NCBI GenBank assembly: GCA_002315555.1
Contig: DCHF01000030.1
Span: 1,537-65,536 of the forward strand
Reading direction: 5' to 3'
Source: Lachnospiraceae bacterium UBA1759
Lineage (GTDB): Bacteria > Bacillota > Clostridia > Lachnospirales > Lachnospiraceae
Length of the DNA: 64,000 nt
Every line of letters begins with the position of its first letter. Positions within the stretch are counted from its first letter, which is position 1. Shown here piece by piece: positions 54,580 through 63,260 of the stretch. The position numbers and the translations under genes were made by a program. The notes below the pieces were generated by a model that made no database searches, had not been told where the DNA came from, and saw nothing but the letters and a program-made list of their open reading frames with translations.

Positions 54580-55218
54580 TCAGATTTTCTTCCGGACCAA
54601 ATAGTAGCCGAGAAGTGCGTTGAAGCCGGTGGCGGAGAAGACGCTGAACCGCTCGACGATGCCGAAATAGGCCTGCGGTACCACATTTGTGCCGATGGCC
54701 CCGACAAACATCAGGGTGAGCGCAATGGCTGCCCAAATGCCAAGACTTTTGAGCTTTTCCGAGCGGAACCCCCCGATGATGATCAGCACAAGTGAGGCAA
54801 TCGACGTCAGAACGACGGCCACAGTCACCACGTACACATGCATGATATCAGAGAAGGTTTTCATTCCGGTACCGGCCTCGGAAAGCGGGAACAGGTCGTA
54901 ACCCACCGCGGAGATCCAGTTCATTACCGCAAAAACATACACCCCGATGCGGGTCAGACGGTTTCCCGCCCTGGTTTCCGCAAAGTAGATGCTGACCGCC
55001 ATGATCGATACGAGGCCGCATTTTCCGTAGAGGCAGGACAATTGGTCCCAGAGGCCCCGTGACGGTGCGGTCGCAGCGCTCAGGTCGCTGACGGCCTGGC
55101 TCATCCAGTTGTAGCCCGGGTAGGCCAGCGGTGAGAATACCACGGCGACGACATAGGACAGGAAGCTGATGATTCCGAAGAGGCCGCAGAGGCGGAGGTA
55201 TTTACAGGAGTTCATCAC
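54580..55218 (-). CDS. Integral membrane protein (resembles DUF998, from memory)
   Basis: 212 aa, about 6 TM. SQAVSDLSA motif after TM1. ATGA-type 4-nt overlap with the upstream gene. Confidence 0.65.
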   Translation of the reverse strand: MMNSCKYLRLCGLFGIISFLSYVVAVVFSPLAYPGYNWMSQAVSDLSAATAPSRGLWDQLSCLYGKCGLVSIMAVSIYFAETRAGNRLTRIGVYVFAVMNWISAVGYDLFPLSEAGTGMKTFSDIMHVYVVTVAVVLTSIASLVLIIIGGFRSEKLKSLGIWAAIALTLMFVGAIGTNVVPQAYFGIVERFSVFSATGFNALLGYYLVRKKI

Positions 55219-56957
55219 TTAATATACCCTCCGATCAGTAAATATGCGCCGGACGTCCAGGTAATAAAGTTGCCGCCACGCAGCGGTCCGTCAAAGGCGT
55301 TCATCATCTGGCAGAGCGTGTTGACATCGGCCATGGAGCCGCAATAGCGGGAGGCGACTTCGCTTGCGAAATCGGTTTCACCGCAGTCGTACAGGCCGGA
55401 GATGAGCAACAGGTTGAAGGGGTGGTAGATCATCGAACGATAGTCGTTTCCGGCCACCACATTCAGCTCGCGCGCAGTCACCTTTTCCTTGCAGAAGCCG
55501 TAGGGCGTCAGGACGTAGTCCTCGATCTTCAGGTCCTCGATCAGCTTTTCCAGGATCTCCGCCGGAAGCCGTTTGCCGAGGAGAACCGGGACGTAACCGA
55601 GGATACAGTAATCCTTTTCGATGCTTTTTCCTTCCATCGTATGCGCTTCAAAACACTCGCCGTTCCACAGCTTTTCGATCAAAAGAGTCTGCATATCGGC
55701 GGCTTTTTTATACCAGGCGGCCTTCACTTCTTCACCGAGTCCCAGCTGCTCCGCCATCTCGCCGAGCTCCTCATAGAGGAGGATCAGATAGGTGGGCAGA
55801 TCCGGCGTGACCATACAGTTGCTTTCGCGGAAGGTGGAGCCGTCCTCCATGCCGGATTCATCGCTGTGTTCGTAATTCGGCAGGCCGTCGGCGCTTTCGC
55901 TGCGATATTTCATGAACCAGTCCGCCCACTTTGCCAGACGCGGATACAAGTCGCGAAGCCGGTCCTCCGAAATCAGATCATAGGTACCGCGCAGTTTCAT
56001 CTGCTTCAGCGCCCAGCCCTGGATGGGCGGACGGACATTGGAGAATGCGCTGTAAACGTCGGAATAATAGTCCGGAACCATTCCCTCGGGGCTCTGGTAA
56101 TCAAAGGGAACCATCAGCTGGTCCCAGGCCAGGTCGATGTTTCTGCTGAATGCCACCGCCTGATAGGACAGCTGCCACTGCGATGCGGGACCGCTGTCAT
56201 GCATGAACAGATACGGCCGCTTGATCAGGCCGCTCGGCGCACGCAGATAGGACCAGAGATTCCACACGGCGCGCTCCCACAGGATCTCATACTTATCGTG
56301 CAGGTGCGGGATATTGTTTTTGAAGGTCTCCCAATCGGCGGTGACCGAGGCAAGCCCTTCCTCATAGGTCGGGTAGTTTTCGCGTACATAGCCGGAATGC
56401 GAGAATTCCTCGAGGCTTCCGTACATCACGCCGTTTTCATCGGGCAGCAGGTCGATCTCCGTGTGGCCCATGCGCAGTTCGTCCCAGTGCCAGGGGGCGG
56501 CGGCTTCGATCGAGCCGGTGATGGAATGGATCACGGTGGAGAACAGCATCTGGAACTGCGTCTCCCAGGCGTTCTTTCCGCGCGGCTTTGAGGTGCGATC
56601 CAGCCGTTCCGGTGTGGAAGCAAAGCGTAGACCGAGACCGGCGGTGCTTTCGAACAGGATCAGTTTTTCCTCTGCGATGCAGATGCGGATATCACCGTAC
56701 AGCGTGCGGAGGATCATTTCCGTGGGCGTGTGGATGACGATCGCGTACGGAATGCGCTCGCCCTGATACAACGGCTGCACATTGAACAGTTTCTGCTTTC
56801 CGGTGAGCGTGTTCATGCCATGCGCGGTCGCAAGGTACAGATAAGCTTTGCCAAAACGATCGGCCCCGGTTGATTTAAACAAAAGATAGCTTCCTTTTCT
56901 GCCGAACGGGCAGTCCAGAATACTGATAAAACGATCACTTTCATCTACAAATCTCAT
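55215..56957 (-). CDS. (alpha/alpha)6-barrel glycoside hydrolase, GH63/MGH1-like (family is a guess)
   Basis: 580 aa. Central PPIQGWAL, DGLPNYEHSDESGMEDGSTF and a C-terminal W-rich segment resemble glucosidase/mannosylglycerate-hydrolase-type enzymes. Confidence 0.62.
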   Translation of the reverse strand: MRFVDESDRFISILDCPFGRKGSYLLFKSTGADRFGKAYLYLATAHGMNTLTGKQKLFNVQPLYQGERIPYAIVIHTPTEMILRTLYGDIRICIAEEKLILFESTAGLGLRFASTPERLDRTSKPRGKNAWETQFQMLFSTVIHSITGSIEAAAPWHWDELRMGHTEIDLLPDENGVMYGSLEEFSHSGYVRENYPTYEEGLASVTADWETFKNNIPHLHDKYEILWERAVWNLWSYLRAPSGLIKRPYLFMHDSGPASQWQLSYQAVAFSRNIDLAWDQLMVPFDYQSPEGMVPDYYSDVYSAFSNVRPPIQGWALKQMKLRGTYDLISEDRLRDLYPRLAKWADWFMKYRSESADGLPNYEHSDESGMEDGSTFRESNCMVTPDLPTYLILLYEELGEMAEQLGLGEEVKAAWYKKAADMQTLLIEKLWNGECFEAHTMEGKSIEKDYCILGYVPVLLGKRLPAEILEKLIEDLKIEDYVLTPYGFCKEKVTARELNVVAGNDYRSMIYHPFNLLLISGLYDCGETDFASEVASRYCGSMADVNTLCQMMNAFDGPLRGGNFITWTSGAYLLIGGYIK

Positions 56958-57099
56958 GACATTACCTCCCTTGCCAATGATCTCTCAGTGTGTTTGATGT
57001 TTAAATTATAATCCTTAGACGAAAACGTGTCATACCTTTTTCGGAAACATGTTAATATTCTCGATTTTTCGCTTATTTTTTGAAGTATTGACGGAATTC

Positions 57100-57128
57100 T
57101 TGATGTACATAAATAAGAGTGCTAATAT
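57100..57128 (+). promoter_or_regulatory. Candidate promoter of the thioesterase, CooC-like and Fe-S genes
   Basis: TTGATG (57100-57105), 17 nt, extended -10 TGcTAATAT (TG 57120-57121, TAATAT 57123-57128). Confidence 0.45.
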
Positions 57129-57188
57129 GATAGCAAATACTGTTTTTTAAACGGACTGAGTGGATGATAACTCAAAGAGGAGGAAATT

Positions 57189-57584
57189 ATGGAATTTGCC
57201 AACGTAGCGGAAGCACAGGAGTTTTTTAAGGGTGATCGTTTTGCGACCACGAACGGAATGGTTGTCGATGAGATCGGTGAAGATTACGCGGTCTGCAGCA
57301 TGGATATTACGGAAAACCACCTCAACGCAAACGGAACCGTTATGGGCGGCGTATATTTCACATTGGCCGATTTTGCTTTTGCGGTCTCTGTTAATAACGT
57401 CCATAAGATTACCGTCGGCATGGATTCCAACATCACGTTCCTGGTACCGGCCAAGGGTACCAAGCTGATCGCCACCTCACAGGTGATCCGCACCGGAAAG
57501 ACCACGACCTTCTGCGAGGTCCGGGTCAAGGATGCGCTCGACCGCACCTGCGCGGTGTTCACCGGAACGGCTTTCAAACTGTGA
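57189..57584 (+). CDS. PaaI-family hotdog-fold thioesterase
   Basis: 131 aa. NANGTVMGGVYFTLADFAF is the typical PaaI/4HBT-II motif. RBS AGAGGAGGA. Confidence 0.85.
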   Translation: MEFANVAEAQEFFKGDRFATTNGMVVDEIGEDYAVCSMDITENHLNANGTVMGGVYFTLADFAFAVSVNNVHKITVGMDSNITFLVPAKGTKLIATSQVIRTGKTTTFCEVRVKDALDRTCAVFTGTAFKL

Positions 57585-57655
57585 TCAAAAGACTTACGCT
57601 ATACAGCAAGTCACTTTCATACTTTTTTTCAGAGTAAACGGATTGGAGAAAGAAA

Positions 57656-58594
57656 ATGGGAACGTTTCACTGTCCGATAGGCGCAGCGTCCAGAGGAACG
57701 ACCGGGTGCGTTGATTGCGGACTCTGTTCCGCGGCCACCAAGGCGGAACGGATCGCCGCAGCCGATCGAATGCGCGAATACATCCGCGCGACGGCCGGAA
57801 CCCGGGCCGGTGTGATAAAGAAGATCGCGGTCTGCGGAAAAGGCGGCGTCGGGAAGAGTACGTTCTCCGCGCTGCTCGCCGCGAGCACAGTCTCGCTCGG
57901 ATACCGGACATTAGTCATCGACACGGACGAGTCCAACCCGTCCATGCATCGGAGACTTGGCATCGGGAAAGAACCGGAGCCGCTTCTTTCCATTCTGGAA
58001 CGCTTTTCCGATGAAGCCGCGCCGATCGAAGCCGCCTGGCTCGACCGCGATGAGATCCGCTTTGAGGACATCCCGGAGCGGCTGGTCGTGTCCAGGGATA
58101 AGCTCAGTCTCATGTGCTCCGGAAAGATCGACGATCCGCTGATCGGCTGTGCATGTACAATGAGCGACCTTACGCGAAATCTGATGGTCAATTATGTTCC
58201 GGATGAGAAGGAGCTTGTGATCACGGATCTGGAGGCCGGTGTAGAGAGCTTTGGCCGCGGAATGGAGCAGGGCGTCGATACGATCATCATGATCATTGAG
58301 CCCACGCTGGATTCCCTGATGGTGGCCGCTAAAGTGCAGTATATGTCCGAAGGCCTCGGCATCCGCCGGATCCGCGGAATTTTAAATAAGATCCCGGACA
58401 AAGCCACGGAAAAACAGATGCGTGCATTACTGAAAGAGCACAATATCCGCTACCTCGGCACGATGCCGCTCAGTTCCGAGATCAGTCTATCGGCCCTGAC
58501 CGGAGCGATGATCCCGGAGGGAGAAGCATATCAAAACGTTAAGAATCTCGCTTGTCTGATGTTTGACGAGGCAGAGATGGATTATGATTTATAG
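57656..58594 (+). CDS. CooC-like MinD/ParA-type metallochaperone ATPase with an N-terminal Cys4 extension
   Basis: 312 aa. Deviant Walker A CGKGGVGKST (residues 60-69). CxC motif IGCACT as in CooC-type Ni-insertion ATPases. Residues 1-55 add C6-x11-C18-x2-C21-x2-C24. Confidence 0.78.
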   Translation: MGTFHCPIGAASRGTTGCVDCGLCSAATKAERIAAADRMREYIRATAGTRAGVIKKIAVCGKGGVGKSTFSALLAASTVSLGYRTLVIDTDESNPSMHRRLGIGKEPEPLLSILERFSDEAAPIEAAWLDRDEIRFEDIPERLVVSRDKLSLMCSGKIDDPLIGCACTMSDLTRNLMVNYVPDEKELVITDLEAGVESFGRGMEQGVDTIIMIIEPTLDSLMVAAKVQYMSEGLGIRRIRGILNKIPDKATEKQMRALLKEHNIRYLGTMPLSSEISLSALTGAMIPEGEAYQNVKNLACLMFDEAEMDYDL

Positions 58595-58604
58595 GAGGTC
58601 CGTG

Positions 58605-59756
58605 ATGAGAGAACTTGAGAATTACGTTCCGCTGACTGAAGAAGAAATTGCAAAGCTTTGGGGTGGTCCGCTTCCCGAACTGGAGCCGGAGTACATCGAA
58701 ATGGGTAAGGAATACGCGCAGGGCCGTCCGGAGCTGGCGCCGTATATGATGAAAAAGGTCTTCACCCCAGACGATGCGCGTCTTGCGATGGCGCTTCCCG
58801 GAACCGCGGAAGAGGTCGCGGAAAAGATGGGGATGGACGTGGAAACGACGCGGGAACGTCTGCTGCAGATGACGTATCGCGGCAAGATCCTGGCGGATGA
58901 TCAGGAGGTCTTCTCACGTCATAATAACCTTGGCAATTTCAAGGATTGGGTGTATGCGCAGGAAAAATACGACTGCGAGTACGATCGCAATGCGGCGATC
59001 ATTATGGATGCCTGGGACTATGTCGGTGATGCGTTCTTCGGTCTCCTGCCGGGAACAACGGAGAAGTTCATGCGCATCGTCCCGAAGTGGGAGTCCATCA
59101 AGGATATTCCGGGTGTTATGCCCTGCGAAAACATGCCTGAAATGCTGCGGAACGATGATACGGTCGCTTTCACGCGGTGTCCCTGCAGAGCGGTGACGAG
59201 CATCGTCCGGTATGGAGAGATCCGGCCCGATATGTGCCGCACCGGTTTAAAGGAAGGCCATACGCCGAAGGAAGGACTGTGCATGCTGGCGCAGAGACGT
59301 TCCGCGTATTTCACCAAGTACCTGGATGCGTATCATCCCACAAAGGAAGAACTCGAGCAGCGTATTCGGGAGATCGAAGCAGGCGGTGGCTACTACAGCA
59401 TTTTTAATGCCCGTGAATTCGGCGGGCTGTGCAACTGCTGTGATGACTGTAAGTGCGGTATCCGTGCGCCGTATGAACTGGGAGATGAGGATTTCTACGA
59501 AAAGAGCCGTTTCCTGGCGTATATGGATGAGGAGGAGAGCTGCATCGGCTGCGGTGCCTGCGAAGAGATCTGTCCGTTCAAGAAATCCGTTCGCGTGGTC
59601 GATGGTATCGCCGTCGTCGATGAAGACCGTTGCCACGGCTGCGGCAACTGCGTGACGCATTGCCCCACGGGCGCTATCAAGATGAAGCTTGTCCGTCCGG
59701 CAAGTCACATTCTTCCGGTGGTCGAACGGTTGAAACTGATGGGAGAAGGCGTGTGA
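58605..59756 (+). CDS. Cys-rich iron-sulfur protein with C-terminal 2x[4Fe-4S] ferredoxin domain; function unknown
   Basis: ATG 58605 follows AGGAGG (58593-58598). 383 aa with CIGCGACEEICP and CHGCGNCVTHCP, plus upstream CPCR, MCRTG, LCML and CNCCDDCKC. Confidence 0.75.
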   Translation: MRELENYVPLTEEEIAKLWGGPLPELEPEYIEMGKEYAQGRPELAPYMMKKVFTPDDARLAMALPGTAEEVAEKMGMDVETTRERLLQMTYRGKILADDQEVFSRHNNLGNFKDWVYAQEKYDCEYDRNAAIIMDAWDYVGDAFFGLLPGTTEKFMRIVPKWESIKDIPGVMPCENMPEMLRNDDTVAFTRCPCRAVTSIVRYGEIRPDMCRTGLKEGHTPKEGLCMLAQRRSAYFTKYLDAYHPTKEELEQRIREIEAGGGYYSIFNAREFGGLCNCCDDCKCGIRAPYELGDEDFYEKSRFLAYMDEEESCIGCGACEEICPFKKSVRVVDGIAVVDEDRCHGCGNCVTHCPTGAIKMKLVRPASHILPVVERLKLMGEGV

Positions 59757-59864
59757 GAATTCACTGTACTTCTGTCCGTCATGTGATATAATCAATAAAG
59801 AGTGGCCGTGTGGCTGCGCGGAGCTCCAAACTCCGCATAAAGTAAAAAGAAAAGAGGTATTTCA

Positions 59865-60227
59865 ATGGAAAGCGTAAGTCAGTTTTTCTCAAATGTTTTT
59901 TCGCTGGCAGTATGTGCATATAGCATTTTCATTATGTACAGAATCTTTGTAAAGGCCGGATTTGCCGGCTGGAGAGCCATCGTTCCGGGCTATAATATCT
60001 GGACCTTATGTGAACTGGTCTGGGGCCCCGGCTGCGGCGCGAAGATGTTCCTGTTCCTGATTCCGGTATACGGCATCATTTTCTACTTCAAGACCTCCAC
60101 TCGTCTTGCAAAGGCGTTCGGAAAGTCTACCGGCTTCGGTGTTGGTATCTTTTTCCTCGGTGTCGTATTCCTTTCGATCCTTGCATTCGATGATTCTCAG
60201 TATCAGGGCCCGCAGGGTGATCTGTAA
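59865..60227 (+). CDS. Small membrane protein (resembles DUF5684, from memory)
   Basis: 120 aa, 3 TM. IFVKAGFAGWRAIVPGYNIW motif. An extended -10 TGaTATAAT lies at 59784-59792. Confidence 0.65.
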   Translation: MESVSQFFSNVFSLAVCAYSIFIMYRIFVKAGFAGWRAIVPGYNIWTLCELVWGPGCGAKMFLFLIPVYGIIFYFKTSTRLAKAFGKSTGFGVGIFFLGVVFLSILAFDDSQYQGPQGDL

Positions 60228-60304
60228 TTGATGGTTGAATAAAAAACGCTCCGGCTTAGGGCAGTGTTCATAAAACAGTAGGGACTGAACAATGAGCACT
60301 GTCA

Positions 60305-60640
60305 CTAATGGATTGGCGAAAACACCTGATACTTTTTCCATACAAGATACATCTTGTTTTCAAGTGTCGGGGTTAATGGACGAAAGGCCAGTGGGCTTTC
60401 GTTGCTGGTATTAACGAGCTTATCAAAGGTAAGCAGAACACCAAGATTTTCTGCGGCAAATATTGATCCGTTGTAGGCCAGCTGGAAAGAACCTTCGAGT
60501 TTCAGCTGGTCTATTTTACTGCCTGCCCGGCGGGGGATATCCGCATGCCAGGACTGCTCTGAGCAGAATAAAGGAAGCCCGATCAGATCATCGACACAAA
60601 TCAGTGCTTTCTCTGCCAGCGGATGAGTTTTAGGAATCAC
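60305..60640 (-). pseudogene. C-terminal fragment of a LysR-family regulator (no HTH, about 190 aa missing)
   Basis: 111-aa GTG-initiated ORF matching only the last third of LysR effector domains (..LPLFCSEQSW......LAYNGSIFAAENLGVLLTFDKLV...PLAFRPLTP..). Its frame is closed by TAA at 60656-60658, and the nadE stop lies 11 nt upstream. Confidence 0.62.
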
Positions 60641-60650
60641 GATGCCCCAT

Positions 60651-62561
60651 TTATTTTAGCGAATCCATTTCATGCATCCACAGCGCGGAATCTGCGTCAC
60701 TTGGCATACGAAGGTCGCCCCGCGGTGAGATGGCGATGGAACCGACCTTTGGTCCATCCGGCAGACAAGAACGCTTGAACTGCTGTGAAAAGAAGCGGTA
60801 ATAGAAGGTGCGAAGCCATTTGTAAATTGTTTCTTTATTATAGACTCCGGCGAAGGAAAGCTGCGCCATGCGGAAGATCTTCCGAGGCGGAAAGCCGAAA
60901 CGAAGGGTATAGTAGAGGAAGAAATCATGCAGCTCGTAAGGGCCGACAATATCCTCTGTAATCTGCGAAATTACGCCATTTTCCGGCGGCAGAAGCTCCG
61001 GACTTACCGGTGTATTCAGAACGTCCATAAGCACGGTTTTCAAAGCCTGGTCCGCGCAGTCTGCGCAATAGCGTACCAGGTGGCGCACAAGAGTTTTCGG
61101 GACAGAACTGTTAACCGCGTACATGGACATATGGTCTCCATTGTAGGTAGCCCATCCCAAAGCAAGTTCTGACAGATCACCGGTACCAATGACCAGGCCG
61201 CCGACTTGATTTGCGATATCCATGAGGATTTGGGTTCGTTCTCTGGCCTGAGAGTTTTCGTAAGTGACATCATGCACTGCCGGATCATGGCCGATATCGG
61301 AAAAATGCTGCATAACGGCGGCACTGATACGTACTTCTTTTAAGGAGGCGCCTAAAGCGTCGGTCAGCTTCAGTGCATTCTGATAGGTTCGATCCGTAGT
61401 TCCGAAACATGGCATCGTTACGCAATGGATTCCGGAGTGGTCAAGTCCCAGCAAATCATAGGTTCTGGCGGTAACCAAAAGGGCAAGTGTGGAATCCAGA
61501 CCGCCGCTGATGCCGATAACCGTGTGGCTGCAGTGCGTGTGCTGCAAACGCTTTTTCAGACCCATAGCCTGGATAGAAAGAATGTCTTCACAACGAATAT
61601 CTCGGTCCCCGCGGTCGGATGGGATAAATGGAGTAGGTGAAAATGTACGCGCCAGGCTTAAGTCGACGGTCTCTAAGCAAAATGGCACTCGAAGATATGG
61701 TGTCTCAGTGTCCGGTTTGAAGGTAGTCGCGCGCTGTCTGTCTGCGGTAAGGCGGCTTAAATCAAGATCTGCCATAGCACATTGACCGCTGAATAACTTT
61801 GACTGGCTCAAAATGGTGCCGTTTTCAGCAATGAGGTTATGGCCGCCGTAAACCACGTCCTGTGTGGATTCTCCATTTCCTGCAGAAGCATAGATGTATG
61901 CGCAGACAAGATGGGCCGACTGCGAAGAAACCAGTCCCTGGCGGTAGTTCATTTTCGCAACGATTTCGTCACTTGCAGATGGATTGCAGATGACGGTGGC
62001 ACCCGCCAGGGCATGTTTCACAGATGGCGGAGCCGGTACCCACAGATCCTCGCAGAGCTCTGCAGCAACGACCAGTTCCGGCAGATTTTCACAGCAAAAC
62101 AAAAGGTTCATACCGAAAGGAACGGTACGGCCTAAAACCGTGATATTTCGTACAGCTTCCTTGCCAGGCGTGAAATGGCGCGCCTCATAGAACTCGGAAT
62201 AATTCGGAAGATAGCGCTTCGGGACAATGCCCAGCAGCGTGCCCCTATGCATGAATACAGCACAGTTATATAGCTTACTGTCTACCCTTAGCGGCATGCC
62301 GAGGACAATGAGCATATCCGTGTCCTTTGTTTTGTCCAGAATCACATCTAACTGCTTTAATGCTTCCTCTAACAGCACCCGCTGCAGGAAAAGATCTCCA
62401 CAGGTGTAGGCCGTCAGCACAAGCTCCGGAAGCACCAGAATCTTCACATCCCGGCCCTTGGCCTCTTCGATAGCCTCTAATATTTTCTCGGCATTTTTTT
62501 CGGGATTTGCAACCGTCACATCAATGGATGCCGCTGCAGCCCGTATGAATCCGTCTTTCAT
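60651..62561 (-). CDS. nadE: Glutamine-dependent NAD+ synthetase (CN-hydrolase domain plus NAD synthetase domain)
   Basis: 636 aa. N-terminal nitrilase-like domain (LVLPELVLTAYTCGDLF, ..CEDLW..) and a C-terminal ATP-PPase with GISGGLDST. Confidence 0.92.
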   Translation of the reverse strand: MKDGFIRAAAASIDVTVANPEKNAEKILEAIEEAKGRDVKILVLPELVLTAYTCGDLFLQRVLLEEALKQLDVILDKTKDTDMLIVLGMPLRVDSKLYNCAVFMHRGTLLGIVPKRYLPNYSEFYEARHFTPGKEAVRNITVLGRTVPFGMNLLFCCENLPELVVAAELCEDLWVPAPPSVKHALAGATVICNPSASDEIVAKMNYRQGLVSSQSAHLVCAYIYASAGNGESTQDVVYGGHNLIAENGTILSQSKLFSGQCAMADLDLSRLTADRQRATTFKPDTETPYLRVPFCLETVDLSLARTFSPTPFIPSDRGDRDIRCEDILSIQAMGLKKRLQHTHCSHTVIGISGGLDSTLALLVTARTYDLLGLDHSGIHCVTMPCFGTTDRTYQNALKLTDALGASLKEVRISAAVMQHFSDIGHDPAVHDVTYENSQARERTQILMDIANQVGGLVIGTGDLSELALGWATYNGDHMSMYAVNSSVPKTLVRHLVRYCADCADQALKTVLMDVLNTPVSPELLPPENGVISQITEDIVGPYELHDFFLYYTLRFGFPPRKIFRMAQLSFAGVYNKETIYKWLRTFYYRFFSQQFKRSCLPDGPKVGSIAISPRGDLRMPSDADSALWMHEMDSLK

Positions 62562-62640
62562 TGTATGTTCTCCTTCTGATGATATATGAATGTTTTGCTA
62601 TAGCTATTTCTAATGAAAATATATTCGCTTGCGGAATACA

Positions 62641-62681
62641 AAAAAGGACAACGGTATCCATAAGACGCCGTTGTCCTTTTT
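62641..62681. terminator. Terminator-like hairpin inside the nadE/rhodanese divergent intergenic region
   Basis: AAAAAGGACAACGG (62641-62654) pairs with CCGTTGTCCTTTTT (62668-62681). GC core of 9 bp with A5/T5 flanks, so it is bidirectional in form. Confidence 0.55.
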
Positions 62682-62691
62682 AAACAGAGGT

Positions 62692-62720
62692 ATTTTAGCA
62701 CGATTCCAGGCGGTTGGCAA
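62692..62720 (-). promoter_or_regulatory. Candidate minus-strand promoter upstream of nadE
   Basis: On the minus strand: TTGCCA (62720-62715), 17 nt, TAAAAT (62697-62692). Confidence 0.4.
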
Positions 62721-62839
62721 TGGAAGAATTATGAAACAATAACGAATAGCAAGTTTCAAAATCAATATGCAAAAGGGGCACTTTGTCGCAGGAAGAATCT
62801 ACGTTATATTATTATTCGGTGTATGAAATAAGATTGAAA

Positions 62840-62880
62840 GAAACAAGAATGCATGAATGTATGAAACAAGAATGCATGAA
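62840..62880 (+). repeat. Two exact 18-nt direct repeats, 23-bp period
   Basis: GAAACAAGAATGCATGAA at 62840-62857 and 62863-62880. The flanking GTATGAAATAAGATTG and GCATGAAATAGGATTG are also related. Confidence 0.8.
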
Positions 62881-62925
62881 ATAGGATTGTTCGAAAAATA
62901 ACAGCAAGGGGCAGGAGAGTCAGAC

Positions 62926-63243
62926 ATGGGTTTATTAGATATATTCAAAAGTCCGGATATCAATCAGGGTGTTGAGGAATGGAAGAATACCGAAGGAGGT
63001 GTGCTTATCGATGTGCGAAATGCAGGAGAGTACAAAGAGGGCCATATTCCGGGAAGCAAGAATGTTCCGCTGAAAGAGGTTGATGCAATTCTGGAGGTCG
63101 TGCCGGATAAGAAGACGCCTTTGTTCGTTCACTGTCTGAGCGGTGTACGAAGCAGTCAGGCGGTGGCTCGTATGGTGGAACTTGGATACACAAATGTGAA
63201 AAATATCGGTGGTATTGGTGCCTATAAAGGGATCACAGAGTAA
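62926..63243 (+). CDS. Rhodanese-like (sulfurtransferase) single-domain protein
   Basis: 105 aa. EYKEGHIPGSKNVP and the active-site loop CLSGVRS. Confidence 0.85.
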   Translation: MGLLDIFKSPDINQGVEEWKNTEGGVLIDVRNAGEYKEGHIPGSKNVPLKEVDAILEVVPDKKTPLFVHCLSGVRSSQAVARMVELGYTNVKNIGGIGAYKGITE

Positions 63244-63260
63244 TTAAAGGGGGAGAGAGT

